NCBI RefSeq assembly: GCF_009914755.1
Contig: NC_060941.1
DNA length: 64,000 bases
Reading direction: 5' to 3' (one strand)
Origin: the human T2T-CHM13v2.0 reference genome, Homo sapiens
The position numbers and the translations under genes were made by a program. The notes under the pieces were generated by a model. The model saw only the letters and a list, made by a program, of their open reading frames with translations. It was not told the DNA's origin and searched no databases. Positions 12,921 to 26,267 of this stretch are shown here, in pieces. Positions within the stretch are counted from its first letter, which is position 1; each line of letters begins with the position of its first letter.

Positions 12921-13303
12921 GTGCGTGAACCCCCAGCCCGGCAGCAGCAGGGCACCCAGGCTGGACCCCGTGACATCTGGGGCCAAGCCCGCATGGCCCT
13001 GACCACAGCAGGGAGCACTCAGTTTCCACTGCGTGTCATTGCGAGAGCAGATCTTTACATGTTTCATTCTCTTCAAGTTGCATTTCTTTACCAGACACCC
13101 ATGGGTTTGCTTCATTTAAAGGCATCTAGCAGGCTGCGCCTCCCGGCAGCTTGTGTAGTAGTCTCCTTCCTGCCTGGGAGCAACACACACAGGCACCACT
13201 GCGATTCCAAAGAGACGCAGCCACCCACAGATGGCGGGAAGGTTTGTGTGCTGGGTCCCCCCAACACCCCATGTACGTCAGCGACTGAACAAAACAGTTT
13301 TAT

Positions 13304-13611
13304 GTTTTGTTTTGTTTTGTTTTTGTTTTTTTGAGATGGAGTCTCTCTCTGTTGCCCAGGCTGGAGTGCAGTGGCGTGATCTTGGCTCACTGCAAGCTCC
13401 GCCTCCCGGGTTCATGCCATCTCCTCCTCAGCCTCCCGAGTAACTGGGACTACAGGTGCCCGCCACCACACCCGGCTAATTTTTTGTATTTTTAGTAGAG
13501 ATGGGGTTTCACTGTGTTAGCCAGGATGGTCTCGATCTCCTGACATCGTGATCCACCCACCTCAGTCTCCCAAAGTGCTGAGATTACAGGCGTGAGCCAC
13601 CGCGCCCGGCC
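13304..13611 (-). mobile_element. AluY with TSD aaaacagttttat
   Basis: AluY-type tgcaagctccgcctcccgggttcatgccat; TSD at 13291-13303 and 13612-13624; (gtttt)n tail. Confidence 0.95.
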
Positions 13612-14959
13612 AAAACAGTTTTATAAACTTGAAAACTTACTTACCTGTTTAGATGTAGAAATATCACAGATGATCGTCCAAGGTTTCACACCCTCAGATT
13701 CCCCACCCACCCCAGCGCAAAAGGGGCGTTTAGGAAGACACTGGTTTCCTGATCTCCTTTGCTGGTGAGATGGAAGGCTGCTCTTGCAGAGAACTCATCT
13801 GACAGCTGGAGCACAGAGCTGCTCTATGGGCAGGGAGTGTGTCTCCCCGTCAGGTGGCGTTGGCTACCCTCGTGCGTTCCCGTGCTGGCTGTGTGTGGCT
13901 CCCTCTTGGAGATGGGCTTTATCATGAGACGGGCCGTGGTCCAGGGGCCTGGGGGTTGTTTGTCTGGAGAGCAGCTGCCGCTGCTTTACTTGGGAGGGAC
14001 GTGACCCGGACAGGTTTCCCTCAGCCAGACGAAGTGTGGAAAGTCACGTTCTATCGTGTGTACCCTTCTAGAATTAGCCCAAGTCATGAGTATGCTACAT
14101 TTTCTAACGAAATCTTGAAAATAGGAAGTGAGGTTCCGGGCTGCCTTTTCTGTTGGTTCTGACTTTGTTGCCATCACGTTCTCCTCGTGGCCGGGTTTCT
14201 GAACCTGGCTTCTTTTGGCCCCTGCTGAATTCTTTTTCCCACATCAACTCACGTTTGGTGGACATCACTGATCAAAGCAGCAAATCAGCGGTTTGTCTGC
14301 TAAAATTCTTTTTAAAGTAAGGAAAGCTTTGTTTCTTCTTTACAAAAACGATATGAAAATAGAGAGGACGTTAGCTGTGAGGCGTTCCCCAAGAGCCATC
14401 CCGTGGCCGGGCTGTGGCCCTGTGGTGTGGCCCTGGCTGCTGAGGCACTGAGACGAAGCTCCCCCTCCACCGGGAGCGGTCCGGCGTCACTCGCCTGCAC
14501 GGCTGCCTGCTGAACCTGCATCCTGGAGATGTGGCCCGCGAGGACACCGTGGGGTTCGGAGGAAGTGCTGCCAACCGGGACGCAGCTGTCTCGGGGATGC
14601 TGGGCAGGGCGTGTAGAGGGGGATGACAGCCCCTGCCCTCCGGGAGCACGTGGTCTAATCAAAGAGGCAGATACAGATAAGGTCATTACACCAGAGCCTT
14701 GTGGAGAAATACTGCCTGGAGTGCTGTGGAGCTCCTGAGGGCTGTGCCTGTGCCTGCATCGGAGCGGGAAGGGTGTCAGCAGAGGCTTTTGTGGAGGGGC
14801 AGCTCTTACCTGGTTATGGAGGGTGAGCAGGAGAAGCAGCCAACAGAGCTGATAACGCCAGCTGGCAGGGTGATGTCTGGAGGGAGGAAGGCTAGCGAGG
14901 AGTCAGAGAAAGACACCGTCACTCACCTGTGACCAAGCGGGCTGCACTGGCGCGCAGAC

Positions 14960-15180
14960 TCCGGAGGTGCGCTGGCTCTGAGGGGCTGTGCTGACTCTGG
15001 GGGGTGCCAGCTCGGGGGGTGCGCTGGCTCTGAGGGGGTGTGCTGACTCTGAGGGGTGCCACCTCGGGGGGTGCGCTGGCTCTGAGGGGGTGTGCTGACT
15101 CTGGGGGGTGCCAGCTCGGGGGGTGTACCGACTCCGGGGGTGTGCTGACTCTTGGGGGGGGTGCTGACTCCAGGGGTGCG
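14960..15180. repeat. G-rich degenerate minisatellite (about 16-19 bp subunits in a roughly 54-bp period)
   Basis: ggggggtgccagctc / ggggggtgcgctggctct / gagggggtgtgctgactct repeated. Confidence 0.88.
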
Positions 15181-15861
15181 CCTCCATCCTCGTCATAGAG
15201 TCCTGCCGCATCACAGCTGGTTTTCTCTTCTGTTTACTAACCACCATGGGCAGGCACGGTGCTCTGCAGGGGACTTGGGCACAGGTGCAAGCACCAAGGA
15301 GCCTGGCGGCGTGGAGCCGGCCCCATTCTCGCAGCCTCTTCTCAAGGACCATCCTGAGCCCGTCCTGAGCCTGCTGTGGGGCTGGGGTTGGGGAGTAGAA
15401 CTGGCTGAGAGGCTCCTGGCACCCTCTGGGGTGGGAGAGAGGAGGGTGTTACTGCTGCTTTTCCATAAAAGCAACGTGTACTGGTTACCAAAAAGGTTAC
15501 ATCCATCCTACTTTTTAATAATAAAAGTGTCCTCTCCTGTGTGGGGTGATAACGATGGCCGAGTAGGTTTTGTTTGTTGACTTGTTTAATGAGCTTACTT
15601 GACAAAATTTAAAAGTCAGCAAATTCAGCTTAGCCCCCAAATTATTTTGAACTTAACCTGTCTTTGAAGTACAAAACCTGCAGTCAGCAGCCACCCGTCC
15701 CTTGTCAAGAAGGGCCAGGCCAGGGGTGCGGGGCTAGAACCCCCAGTGTCACCCCAGCCTCTGCCTGGGCCGGGCTGGGCAGGAGCCGCACACAGGGACG
15801 GGCTCAGCGGGGCTTGGATGGGGGCTTACTCCCTCCCTGTCATGGCCTCGGGAGGAAATAA

Positions 15862-16244
<383 letters not shown>

Positions 16245-17555
16245 TAGCCAGTGCTGTGTTGTTGGAGCGGAGTGGGTGGCCCTCAGGGCAGGTGGGCAAG
16301 GGGTAGAGGCGAGGTGGGCCAGTAGCCCATGGTCAGTGCAGCCGTGTCAACACTGGGAAGTGTGTGGGCCCCCAGCGGGGCAGGACATGTGTCCAAGAAA
16401 GATGTCCTTGAGTCCTGGCACCAGTTCACGGTTAGAAACTAACCATGTGCTACAGACGACACCCCTGCAGGGAGGGCTGCACCCACCCAGAACACACTTG
16501 TCAGGCACGTGCCACGTGCCGGGCCGGCTGGGGCCTCAGTGACCCCGCAGGGCACTAACCCTGCCTCTTCTCTCAAGAAAGTTACCCCTGGAGCTGGGGG
16601 AGGGGCTGGGTGTGAGAGTGGTGGGCCGGGGTGGCAGCTGAGCAGAGCCAGTATGGATGGGGCTGGGGGCACAGGGAGGCCTTGCCACAGGGAGAGGCCC
16701 AGTGCAGGGGCTGTGCCCATCAGAGGGCGTGGGCACAAGAGGCCAGGAGGGCAGTGGGGCAGGTGGCCCAGCCAGGCACAAGCCTTGTCGTTCGTGATCA
16801 GAGGCCTGGAGGGGTTTGGGGGCAGGACCTCACCTTCGGCTGCCCAGGTGAGAGGGGCCGCTCGCCCAGCTGCAGGGACGGCGCAGGAGGGAAGAGGCAC
16901 CAGCACTTTGAATGCGGAGCTCACAGCACTTGCTCACAGGTGGAGAGGGTACGAGAAAAGAAGAGGACAGGGAATCCTGGGGGTTTGGGTCTGAGCAACA
17001 GAAGAGCAGACTTGCCCCTCGTTGAAGGGGCCAGCCATGAAGGAGCAGGTTCCAGGATCACGCATGGACTCTGAAGGTGGGGAGCCGACAGGAAGGGCTG
17101 AGCTGACAGGTGAAAGTATGAGTCCAGGCAAAGCTGCCTCCCTTTCGAGGAAGGCTGCTCAGCCCCAGCCAGGGAGCAGGAGGACAGACAATGGCTTTGA
17201 CAAGCGACCGGTCAGAGGACCTGGGAAGCCTGGCCAGTGTGGAGCCCGTGGCCACTAATGTGGCCTCGCCGTCTGTGTGCTGCTGGGGAGCCCTCAGGGG
17301 GAAGGGGTCACATGACAACACCAGCCAAGATCATCTTGCAAAAGCTGAGAGAGAGGGGAGCTCCCACACCCCTGGCTGAGCACCTCTGCCAGACCCTCTG
17401 ATGGGTTCTGCATGAATATCCTAAAGAAGGCCAGTGCGTGTGTGTGTTGCTGTCAGAGCCCAGCTCCATTCAGGAAGGGCAGGAAGGGTCCAACGCAAAG
17501 GAGAGCTCTTTGCTGTGTGCCAGGCAGCAGCCTCCAGAGCGAGGCCCACCATCTC

Positions 17556-17832
17556 CAGCAGGATGTGCGGCCTCCAAGGGAGGCCCCCGTACGCAGCAGG
17601 ATGTGCGGCCTCCGAGGGAGGCCCCCGTACGCAGCAGGATGTGCGGCCTCCGAGGGAGGCCCCTGTACGCAGCAGGATGTGCGGCCTCCGAGGGAGGCCC
17701 CCGTACGCAGCAGGATGTGTGTTCGGGAGTGAGGGAGGCCCCTGTATGCAGCAGGATGTGTGTTCAGGAGTGAGGGATGTGCGGCCCCCGAGGGAGGCCC
17801 CGTGCGCAGCAGGATGTGTGTTCGGCAGTGAG
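17556..17832. repeat. 38-bp minisatellite, about 7 copies, with an internal palindrome
   Basis: Unit gcaggatgtgcggcctccgagggaggcccccgtacgca; gcagg recurs at 17558 and 17596. Confidence 0.95.
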
Positions 17833-19413
17833 TGCTCTCTGGACATTCCCCTTGAATAACAGACGTGGCCCCTGTTGGCCTCCCCTGAATCGAAGGGCCC
17901 ACCACCTCGATGCACGTTAATCTATGCCAGCTCCCAGCTCTGGCTTTTCTCACCTGATGTCAGAAGGAAAGGGAAAAAAATCGGTGCTTTCTGAAGACAG
18001 GTGCAGCCTTGATCTTCCCTGGAAGGGGCCCAGTGGGTGTTCGCTTTGTCGGAGGCCCCGTCTCGGCAGTGCCTCACTCCTCTTGCACAGGGAAGGCAGC
18101 GGGGGTTCTGTGGTTTGCCAGGGGAGCCTGGGACAGTGACTTAGGCAGTTGGAGACGAGCGCCAGAACCGGGGCGTGGGCCATGGCCGTGAAGACGCACA
18201 CTGGGCCATGGCCCTTGGTGCCCAGCAGGGTGGGAGGGGCGGGTGGAGGGTGATGCCAGGGCTCCATTCTGAGCAGTGAGAGACTTGCAGTTCCATCGGC
18301 GCAAATCAAGAGGGTGCTGCAGGCTGAAGGGAAAGTAGACGGTGCCCGCAGTTCATAGGGCAGGGAGAGTTTGGGGTGCAGGTGAAGAGCCGGCAGCTGG
18401 ACAGCCAGCCTGGACCTAGGAGAGTGAGGGGCCGGCATCAGGGAAACCACAAAGCATGATAGGAGGAAGCCCGGGGCATGTAAGGCTGGGGTGGGAAAGT
18501 GCGTGTACAGAGAGTGCGTAGACGGAGAGTGGGGTGGCCACGAGAAGACCCTGGTCCCTGGTGGGCGCCCATCCAGAGCCTGCTCATCCAGCCGCTGTGG
18601 AGACAGGGGCGTCACGCGACTAGCAAGGGGTCCTCTCACAGCACTTGGCTTTCTGCTAAGAATCCGTATTTTTTCTTTTCAGAAAAAAAAAAGGCAGAAA
18701 AAGTTGTCGTAGGGAAAAAAACGTTCTTTCCGCTTTTTAAACCTACATCCCCCTTCTGTTCCCCAGTGACTTCTAGGATCTCCAGCTGTTCCTGTCACAG
18801 CACTGAACTGTCCTAAAAGAGAGGCAAATTGTGTCTGTTCCCTTGGACCAAGGCATTTGGTCCTAAAGATGATGTTTTAGTTCTACAACTTTTCCCGTTC
18901 CCTCTTAGGGACTAGAAACATCTACCAATGAAAGTTTCACATGTGTTGAAAAGAGCAGGCTTCGGCTTGTCCGCTGCACTCGGCCCTGGGGCGCTCAGAT
19001 TCAGAAAGGCCGCCAGCCATTGGGTGTGATCTAGAGCGGCGTTTTCAGCCAGGGTCCCAGTGGTGACCGTAAGTGAGAGGCTGTGAGGCCTCCTACCTTT
19101 CCCTCTCTGGAGTCCTGTGACTCACCGTGTCCTTACGAGACCCCCGATGCGTCGTGCGCCTCTAGCAGTGGGGAGGATTCTGGCAGGCATTCTGGGCTTC
19201 CCCCGTGAGCCAGTGGCCTGCCGTCTCCCAGCACTCTGCTATTCCAAGGCCTCTGCTCTGACGGTTCGAAAAGGGATGGTCCCTGTTTCTGATGCCAATT
19301 GCACGGTTTTGTCTTAACCTTTCTTTTTTCTGTTGGTGACTCAAGTCTCACTGCTGCTCCACAATCATTTTCCAGCCCCAGTGACTGTTATTGTCCCTTC
19401 TCCCTCTCGGCAG

Positions 19414-19531
19414 GAGCTGGTGGTGGCTCTGAGTCATCTTGTGGTTCAGTATGAAAGCAATTTCTGCACCGTGGCCCTGCAGTTCATAGAAGAGGAAAAG
19501 AACTACGCCTTGCCTTCTCCAGCAACCACAG
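19414..19531 (+). CDS. RPTOR: RPTOR coding exon (about exon 18), ELVVALSHLVVQYES...LPSPATT, 118 nt, phase 0-1; includes Ser696
   Basis: Acceptor ccctctcggcag|GAG, donor ACAG|gtatgg. Confidence 0.97.
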
Positions 19532-20422
19532 GTATGGCGTCTTCTCCTGTGAACCCGCAGAGCACCTCGCCTGGCGGTTCTAGTGCAGGCCGCGGCCCAG
19601 TCTTGCTCACCCTCGCAGAGTCTAAGCGCAGGTTTCTCAGATACCTGCCGCAAGGGGTCCCTGTTTTTCTCATCTTTTTAGGCACCTGCCAGATTTAAAA
19701 GGGCAGGAAAGAGGGCCACACTGACCCTCTTACATTTTTCCTTTCTTTTTACCCTTTTTGGAAATTAAACTCACAGAGACCTTGAAGTATGACAAAACTT
19801 CTGCAGTAGGAGCTTGCGGAAAAGCGCAGGGGCCGTCTTCCTGCGATGAGTAATTTCATCACACTGCTCTTGGCTCCGTGGCTCGGTGAGTCATGTCAGG
19901 CGTGCTTTCTCACACGTGTCGTTTTGACTGGAGAGTACAGTTCCTATCTCATCGCTGCCGGCAGCCCCTCCCGCTTCCACACAGCCGTCTCTGCCGTGCA
20001 GGGGCTTGTCATCAGCAGTGAGGCCTCACTGCTTCTAGGAAGCCCAGGAGGGGAGAAGGGTGAGCCAGACTGAGTGTGGACGGTCATTGCTCTGCTGCGG
20101 CTTCCCGGGGAGCACGGCTCACGGCCCACGTCACCATGCACCTCGTGTGCACTCGGACAGGCCGCAGCCACCAGCCTCTCCCCTGTTGTCTTTTGTAATT
20201 TAATATGCACAGAGCCACAAGCGGTTGTTGTTTGTCCAGTGCTATCCCGCAGAGCCTCCGCTCACGTCTGAGTCTCCCTGAGCTGTGCAGCCCCTGCTCT
20301 GACATTTGTTGCAGCACAGGTAGCAGCTGCCGTCACCGAGTGTCCCAGCTGCTGAGTGTCAGAAGACACGCTGGCCTCCACCTGGAAGCCCATTGTAATT
20401 TGTCTTTCTCCTTCTTTCCCAG

Positions 20423-20563
20423 AGGGAGGGAGTTTGACCCCAGTGCGAGACAGCCCGTGCACCCCCAGACTTCGTTCTGTGAGCTCCTATGGAAACATCC
20501 GTGCTGTCGCCACAGCCAGGAGCCTCAACAAATCTTTGCAGAACCTGAGTTTGACAGAGGAAT
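20423..20563 (+). CDS. RPTOR: RPTOR coding exon (about exon 19), (E)GGSLTPVRDSPCTPRLRSVSSYG...LSLTEE, 141 nt, phase 1-1; Ser722 codon at 20485-20487
   Basis: Acceptor ttctttcccag|AG, donor AAT|gtaaga. Confidence 0.97.
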
Positions 20564-20916
20564 GTAAGATCCTGGAAATCGGGTTATTGGATTGGGAGAG
20601 ATTGGGGTTGTTTTTTCTGAAACACTGTATCTGAGTAAGCACCACTCTGCCCCTGCCCCTTCGTCTAAGTGCGTGCCCTGAAGTCCCATCTGCCAACATG
20701 GTGATGAGTCACCCTTCCAGACGTGAGCATGGCAAGGAGGCGTAGGCCAGCCCCCAGAATAGCCAGCGGGCCCGTTACCAATGCGGCAGGGAGCTCAAGC
20801 GCAGCCGCAGTTGAGGCGGTGGCTCCTTGGAGGGCTGTGCCCTGCCCCCGTCTCCCAGTAACCTGTGGTCTGCGGGTGGGGAGCTTGGCTCCCAGGGAGA
20901 TCAGTGAGTGCCTGTG

Positions 20917-21295
20917 CCTGTGTGTGCGCCGGGGCGTGTGTGCCAGGGTGTGTGCGCCAGGGTGCGTGTGTACCAGGGTGTGTGTGCGCCGGGTGTGTGT
21001 GTGCGCCAGGTGTGTGCGCGCGCCAGGTGTGTGTGCGCCAGGGTGTGTGTGTGCTGGGTGTGTGTGCACAAGGGTGTGTGCATGCCAGGGTGTGTGTGTG
21101 TGTGTACAAGGGTGTGTGTGTGCCAGGGTGTGTGTACTGGGTGTGTATACGCGCCAGGTTGTGTCTGTACGCGCCAGGGTGTGTGCGCCAGGGTGTGTGT
21201 GTATGAGGGTGTGTGTATGTCGGGTGTGTGTACATGCCAGGGTGTGTGCGCACCAGGGTGTGTGTGTACCAGGGTGTGTTTGTGCCTGGGTGTGC
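20917..21295. repeat. Degenerate (gccagg-(gt)n) TG-rich tandem repeat
   Basis: gccagggtgtgtgc / accagggtgtgtgtgc repeated about 20 times, between exons 19 and 20. Confidence 0.92.
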
Positions 21296-21400
21296 TGAGC
21301 TTTATTTAGAAGAAAATATGTATCTCAGTCATGCCATTAACTGTAAGACCAAAAGGAGGGTCCCGGGAGCACCCCACTGACCCCGTTGCGTCTCGGGCAG

Positions 21401-21559
21401 CTGGTGGCGCGGTGGCGTTCTCCCCCGGAAACCTCAGCACCAGCAGCAGCGCCAGCAGCACCCTGGGCAGCCCCGAGAATGAGGAGCATATCCTGTCCTT
21501 CGAGACCATCGACAAGATGCGCCGCGCCAGCTCCTACTCCTCCCTCAACTCCCTCATCG
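21401..21559 (+). CDS. RPTOR: RPTOR coding exon (about exon 20), (S)GGAVAFSPGN...MRRASSYSSLNSLI, 159 nt, phase 1-1; Ser792 (AMPK site) codon at 21532-21534
   Basis: Branch-like cactgac, acceptor tctcgggcag|CT, donor TCG|gtgagt. Confidence 0.97.
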
Positions 21560-23139
21560 GTGAGTCCGCCTGCCCCTTTCTGCTTCCGAGGGGCCCCGAG
21601 GGTCTCCTCCCCACACAGAGCAGCACAGACCTGTGTCTGCATCAGGTCAGTGGGTGTCAAAACTGTCTGTTCAAAAGAAAGAATAAAGGTCAACAGGACT
21701 GCGAGGCAGGGAGAACGTTTTGCTGGGGCAAGCGGGAAAGTTGACATCACTGTTGTGTTGGGGTAGTATTTTACAGGCTGCTCCGGAGCCATCGGAGCTG
21801 GCCAGTTTGGCTGGGTGGGAAGGCTGCCAGAACCTTCCATCTTTGTTCCATAGACGGGTGAGAGTTCTTCATGGTGCTGGACACCCTGGTGATGCAGAAC
21901 GGTGGTTCTCAGCCGGGGGTGGTTTTGCCCCCCACGAGCAACTGGGGTACAGTAGGGGTGCTCCTTGTCCCAGTGGGTGAGGCCAGGAAGCTGCTCACAT
22001 CCCCTGGTGCCCAGGACAGCCCCCACACAGTGTCCGCAGTGAGAGGCGGAGGGCCCTGCGGTCGGGCTGGGGGCTGTCATCCCCGCCCTGCTCACCTGCG
22101 GAATCTCCACACAACTTTCCCTCCATCCCAGCAGCTTGACGCAGCACTGCCTGGAAATGGAAATCTGACGGAAGGGTCAGATTCTTCTCTTGTTCTGCCA
22201 TGAATGGTGTGTGCCTGGGTCCTACCACCAGGATTGCTGTTGTAAAACAGGAGAAGCAGGAATTCACCGTGTTTTCTTATTGTGTAGCTATGTTCATCTT
22301 CACACTGCTGGTAACAGATTTAGGGCTTAACCAAACGAGCCTCCTCTCCTCTTGTTCTGACTATCCAGAGTGGCTTACCGGCTTCACTTGAATTTTTTTC
22401 ATGTTAAGGAGCATTTTAGCCATGTAAAAATTTACAGAGACTTATATAAGAGCGCTGCGTGTGTGTGTGTGTGTGTTGTGTTCCCAGCTTAAGGAATTAC
22501 AGAGGTCGAGCCCCAGACCCTACCCCGGTCCCATTCCCTCTGGTGACATTACACTTTCCCTCCCTGGCCATGAGCCCTGGCACACACGTGGTGCCCACTT
22601 AGAGGCCTTTACCTCCTATTGGCGCCGTCGCACGATGCGTGGCCCGCAAAGCCCGTTTCTTTGGCTCTGACTTCAATATGTATCTTTGATGGTCATCTAG
22701 GTTTTGTTCCTTCACCTCCGCGATCTGCCGTGACTCCATTATCCATTCTCCTGTCTGGGGACAGTGAGGCCGGTTCTAGTTTCTTCTTGCCTTTTGTTCC
22801 TTTTCTTAATAAGCAAACTCAGAATTCAGCCCCTGCCACCATGGAGCCCCACATCCAACACACCCTCACTCGCTGCACCCAGCTCTGCTGGGCCCCGGCC
22901 TACCCGGCCCCCAGCCTGGGCATCGGTGGGGAAGCTCTTCTCCGGCATATGGTGGCCGCTCCCCTCTCATTCAGAGCCCCCATCTGGCAGCACCTTCCCA
23001 GAAGCCTCCCCAGCCCCACGCCCCACCTGGAATCAGGCTTCCCCAGCTGCCCTCTGACCCTGCTCCCTTTTCCTGCTTTATTTTTCTCCTGAGGACTGTG
23101 GACTGCAGACGTGCTGTACGTGTAACTTGTTCATTGGCC

Positions 23140-23270
23140 CGGCCCATCTCTCTCCCCTGGAGCTTGAGAGCCGCACGTGCAGGAACCCAGCCTTGTTAAC
23201 CACTGTCTCCTCCCACCCTGTCCACACCCAGTGCCTGGTACGCAGTAGGTGCTCAATACACATAAACAGG
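23140..23270 (+). mobile_element. LINE-2 3' end fragment
   Basis: cccagtgcctggtacgcagtaggtgctcaatac. Confidence 0.6.
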
Positions 23271-24029
23271 CACGTGTGTGGTGCGTGTTCTTCAGCGTGG
23301 ATACACATGAGTGCCTCTCGCCACCTTGCCTCAGAGTGAAGCTGCTGCGTGAACGGTGCCTGCACCTTCAGCTTTTGTAGATGTCACCCCAGGCCTTCCA
23401 CGGGATCCTCTGTTCTAAAGCGCAGGCGCCCCCATCTCGCCACTCTCTACCACGCCGGTCTTGGCCAGCCTTTGTCTGTCTGATAGACACACCTGGTGTC
23501 TCCTTGTGGCATGAATTTGCATCTGCCTTGATTGCAGTGAGGTTACAGCCTTGCAGCCTTACAGACTCGCCTTGTGTCGTTTGTCTTTCTCTGAGTAGTT
23601 TGTAATCAGCGTTCATCACAGTTCTGGGTGCTGATTCCTGGCTGAATATATCCATCGAAAATGCATCTAATCTATGACTTTTTATGATGCCTTTGGTGCC
23701 ACACAAGCTTAATCTTTTAGTTTCTCTTTTTCTTTATAACTTGGGCCTTTTGTGTCTTGTTTTTCCTTTTCTCAATGTCCTAAACATATTCTCCTACATT
23801 TTCTTCCAAGATTTAAAATTTTCCTTTTTTGTGTTCATGTCTTAAGTATATCCTGAACCACATTTTGTCTCTGTGGTGAGGTGGGAATCCAGGTTTTATT
23901 TTTTCTTTATGCCACCCCAGACCCTTCATCAGACAGCCCGTCCTCCCACCAGTGCTTCTCAGCGTCTCCCTGGCCATCAGTCCTTAGGGTCTGAGTGGGG
24001 GCTCCATTCTCAGCAGCACCCATCCCATC

Positions 24030-24245
24030 CACGGCCGCGCCGACACCCCACACGGCCGCCCCGACACCCCACACGGCCGCGCCGACACCCCACACGGCCT
24101 CACTGACACCCCACGGCCGCAGCAACACCCCACACGGCCTCGCCACGGCCGCGCTGACACCCCACACGGCCGCACCGACACCCCGCATAGCCACCCCGGC
24201 ACCCCACGGCCGCGCCGACACCCCACACGGCCGCGCCGTCACACC
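24030..24245. repeat. 21-bp CpG-rich minisatellite, about 10 copies
   Basis: Unit cacggccgcgccgacacccca. Confidence 0.93.
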
Positions 24246-24622
24246 ACAGCTGCGGGGGCAGCACCTTTGAGCCCGCTCCTCAGTTCGTTTCTCAGAACTG
24301 TCTTGGCCGCTCTTAGCCCTTTGCTCTGCTGTATACATTTCACAGTCAGGCTTTCTGTGTCGACAGCAGCCTCACTGGGGTGTTGTTTGAATGGCGCTGA
24401 ATTGGTGGATTTCCCTGGGATGACTGACTTCCTTGCATCATGAGTCTTCCTGCTCCTGAACAGGGTGTATCTTTCCATTTACTCAAGTCTTCTTTATGTC
24501 TTCAAGACAGTCTGACTTTCTGCATAAAGGTCACAGGCATGACGTTACCTTTCATTTTTTGTAATTTTAAGTAATATCTTTTTTAAAACCTGTTGCTGGC
24601 AAAAAAAGAAAGAATGCCAGTG

Positions 24623-24955
<333 letters not shown>

Positions 24956-25376
24956 CTAACCTTTTACCTTTGATACGACATTTGCTGTAGATTTTTTGAG
25001 TGGGTGCTCTATATCAGTTTATAGAAATTCCCTTCCCTTTGGTTCACTCTTTTTATGAGTGCAAATTCCCGTTCTATTCTAGTTAGTTAAGAATTTTCCT
25101 GATAAATGGAATTAATTTCTTTGAATGTATTTTCTGCATCTCAGAATGACCCTGTGCATGGCTGTTTGTTAGGGTAGGGAATTACATGATTGAATTTTTT
25201 GTGAAATATCCTTGCATTTCTGGGGGCACCCAGCGTGGTAATGTCCCCTGACATCGCTGCCTTACGCTCACCAGCTATTTCTTTGGGCGCTCCCCATTGG
25301 CATTCACGAGTGGGTTGGGCTGTGACTTTTCTTGTCCTGACCTGGCTGGTTTAGACATTGAGTCTGTACCTGCCTA

Positions 25377-25571
<195 letters not shown>

Positions 25572-26267
25572 TCAGGAGTGTACCCTCATTCCCTGTCCAA
25601 AAAAACTGGCTCAGGAGTGCGCCGTCATTCCCTGTCCTCGGGGGCAATTTTTATAAGACAAAGATGATGTGTTCTTTCGGTGTCTGAGTAGAATTTGCCC
25701 CTGAACTGTCTGGGCTAGTGTAGTGTTGTGAGGGTGGGTTTGAATTCTGTATTCCATTTCTTTAATGCTGATAGGATTATTTACATTCTCTATTTCTTCA
25801 TAAGCTAGCTTCAAAAAGTTTTATTCTTCTAGGATCTTATTCATTTCAGCTAAGTATTCTCATTCTTTCCCTTGAGGCTGTCTGCAGTATTCTCATGAGT
25901 CTCTAATCTCTGCTGTCTCTTTATTGTTTTAGCTGCTCTTACTGTCATTCCCAATCTGCTGCCTCTTTAGATATGTCCCCGTTTATTCCTATTGTTGTTT
26001 ATTTGCCTTTTCCCCTTTTTCCTGATTAATCCTCTAAGATGTTTGTTCATTTCTTTAGTGTCTTCAAGTTCTAACTTTTAGGCTTTGTGGATTTACTGCA
26101 TTATTTTATCTTTATTTTTCTATTCCAGTACTTTATTTTGTTTCCTTTCTACTGTTTTCTCTAGGTTCACTCTCTTGTCCTGTTACAGTTCTCAAACAGA
26201 AAATAAAAACAGCTCATTAACTTTGAGTTTTTCTTCCTTCCTAATGTGTGTGTTCAGGTCTGCGGGA

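Noticed and set aside
17556-17832. CRISPR-like appearance of the palindromic 38-bp repeats (also the 70-bp and 27-bp arrays)
   Set aside because: Units are head-to-tail with no unique spacers, there are no cas genes, and the context is a primate intron.
19411-19416. NAGNAG tandem acceptors (CAGGAG) at exons 18 and 21
   Set aside because: Distal GAG acceptors are rarely used, and the proximal CAG gives the expected protein.
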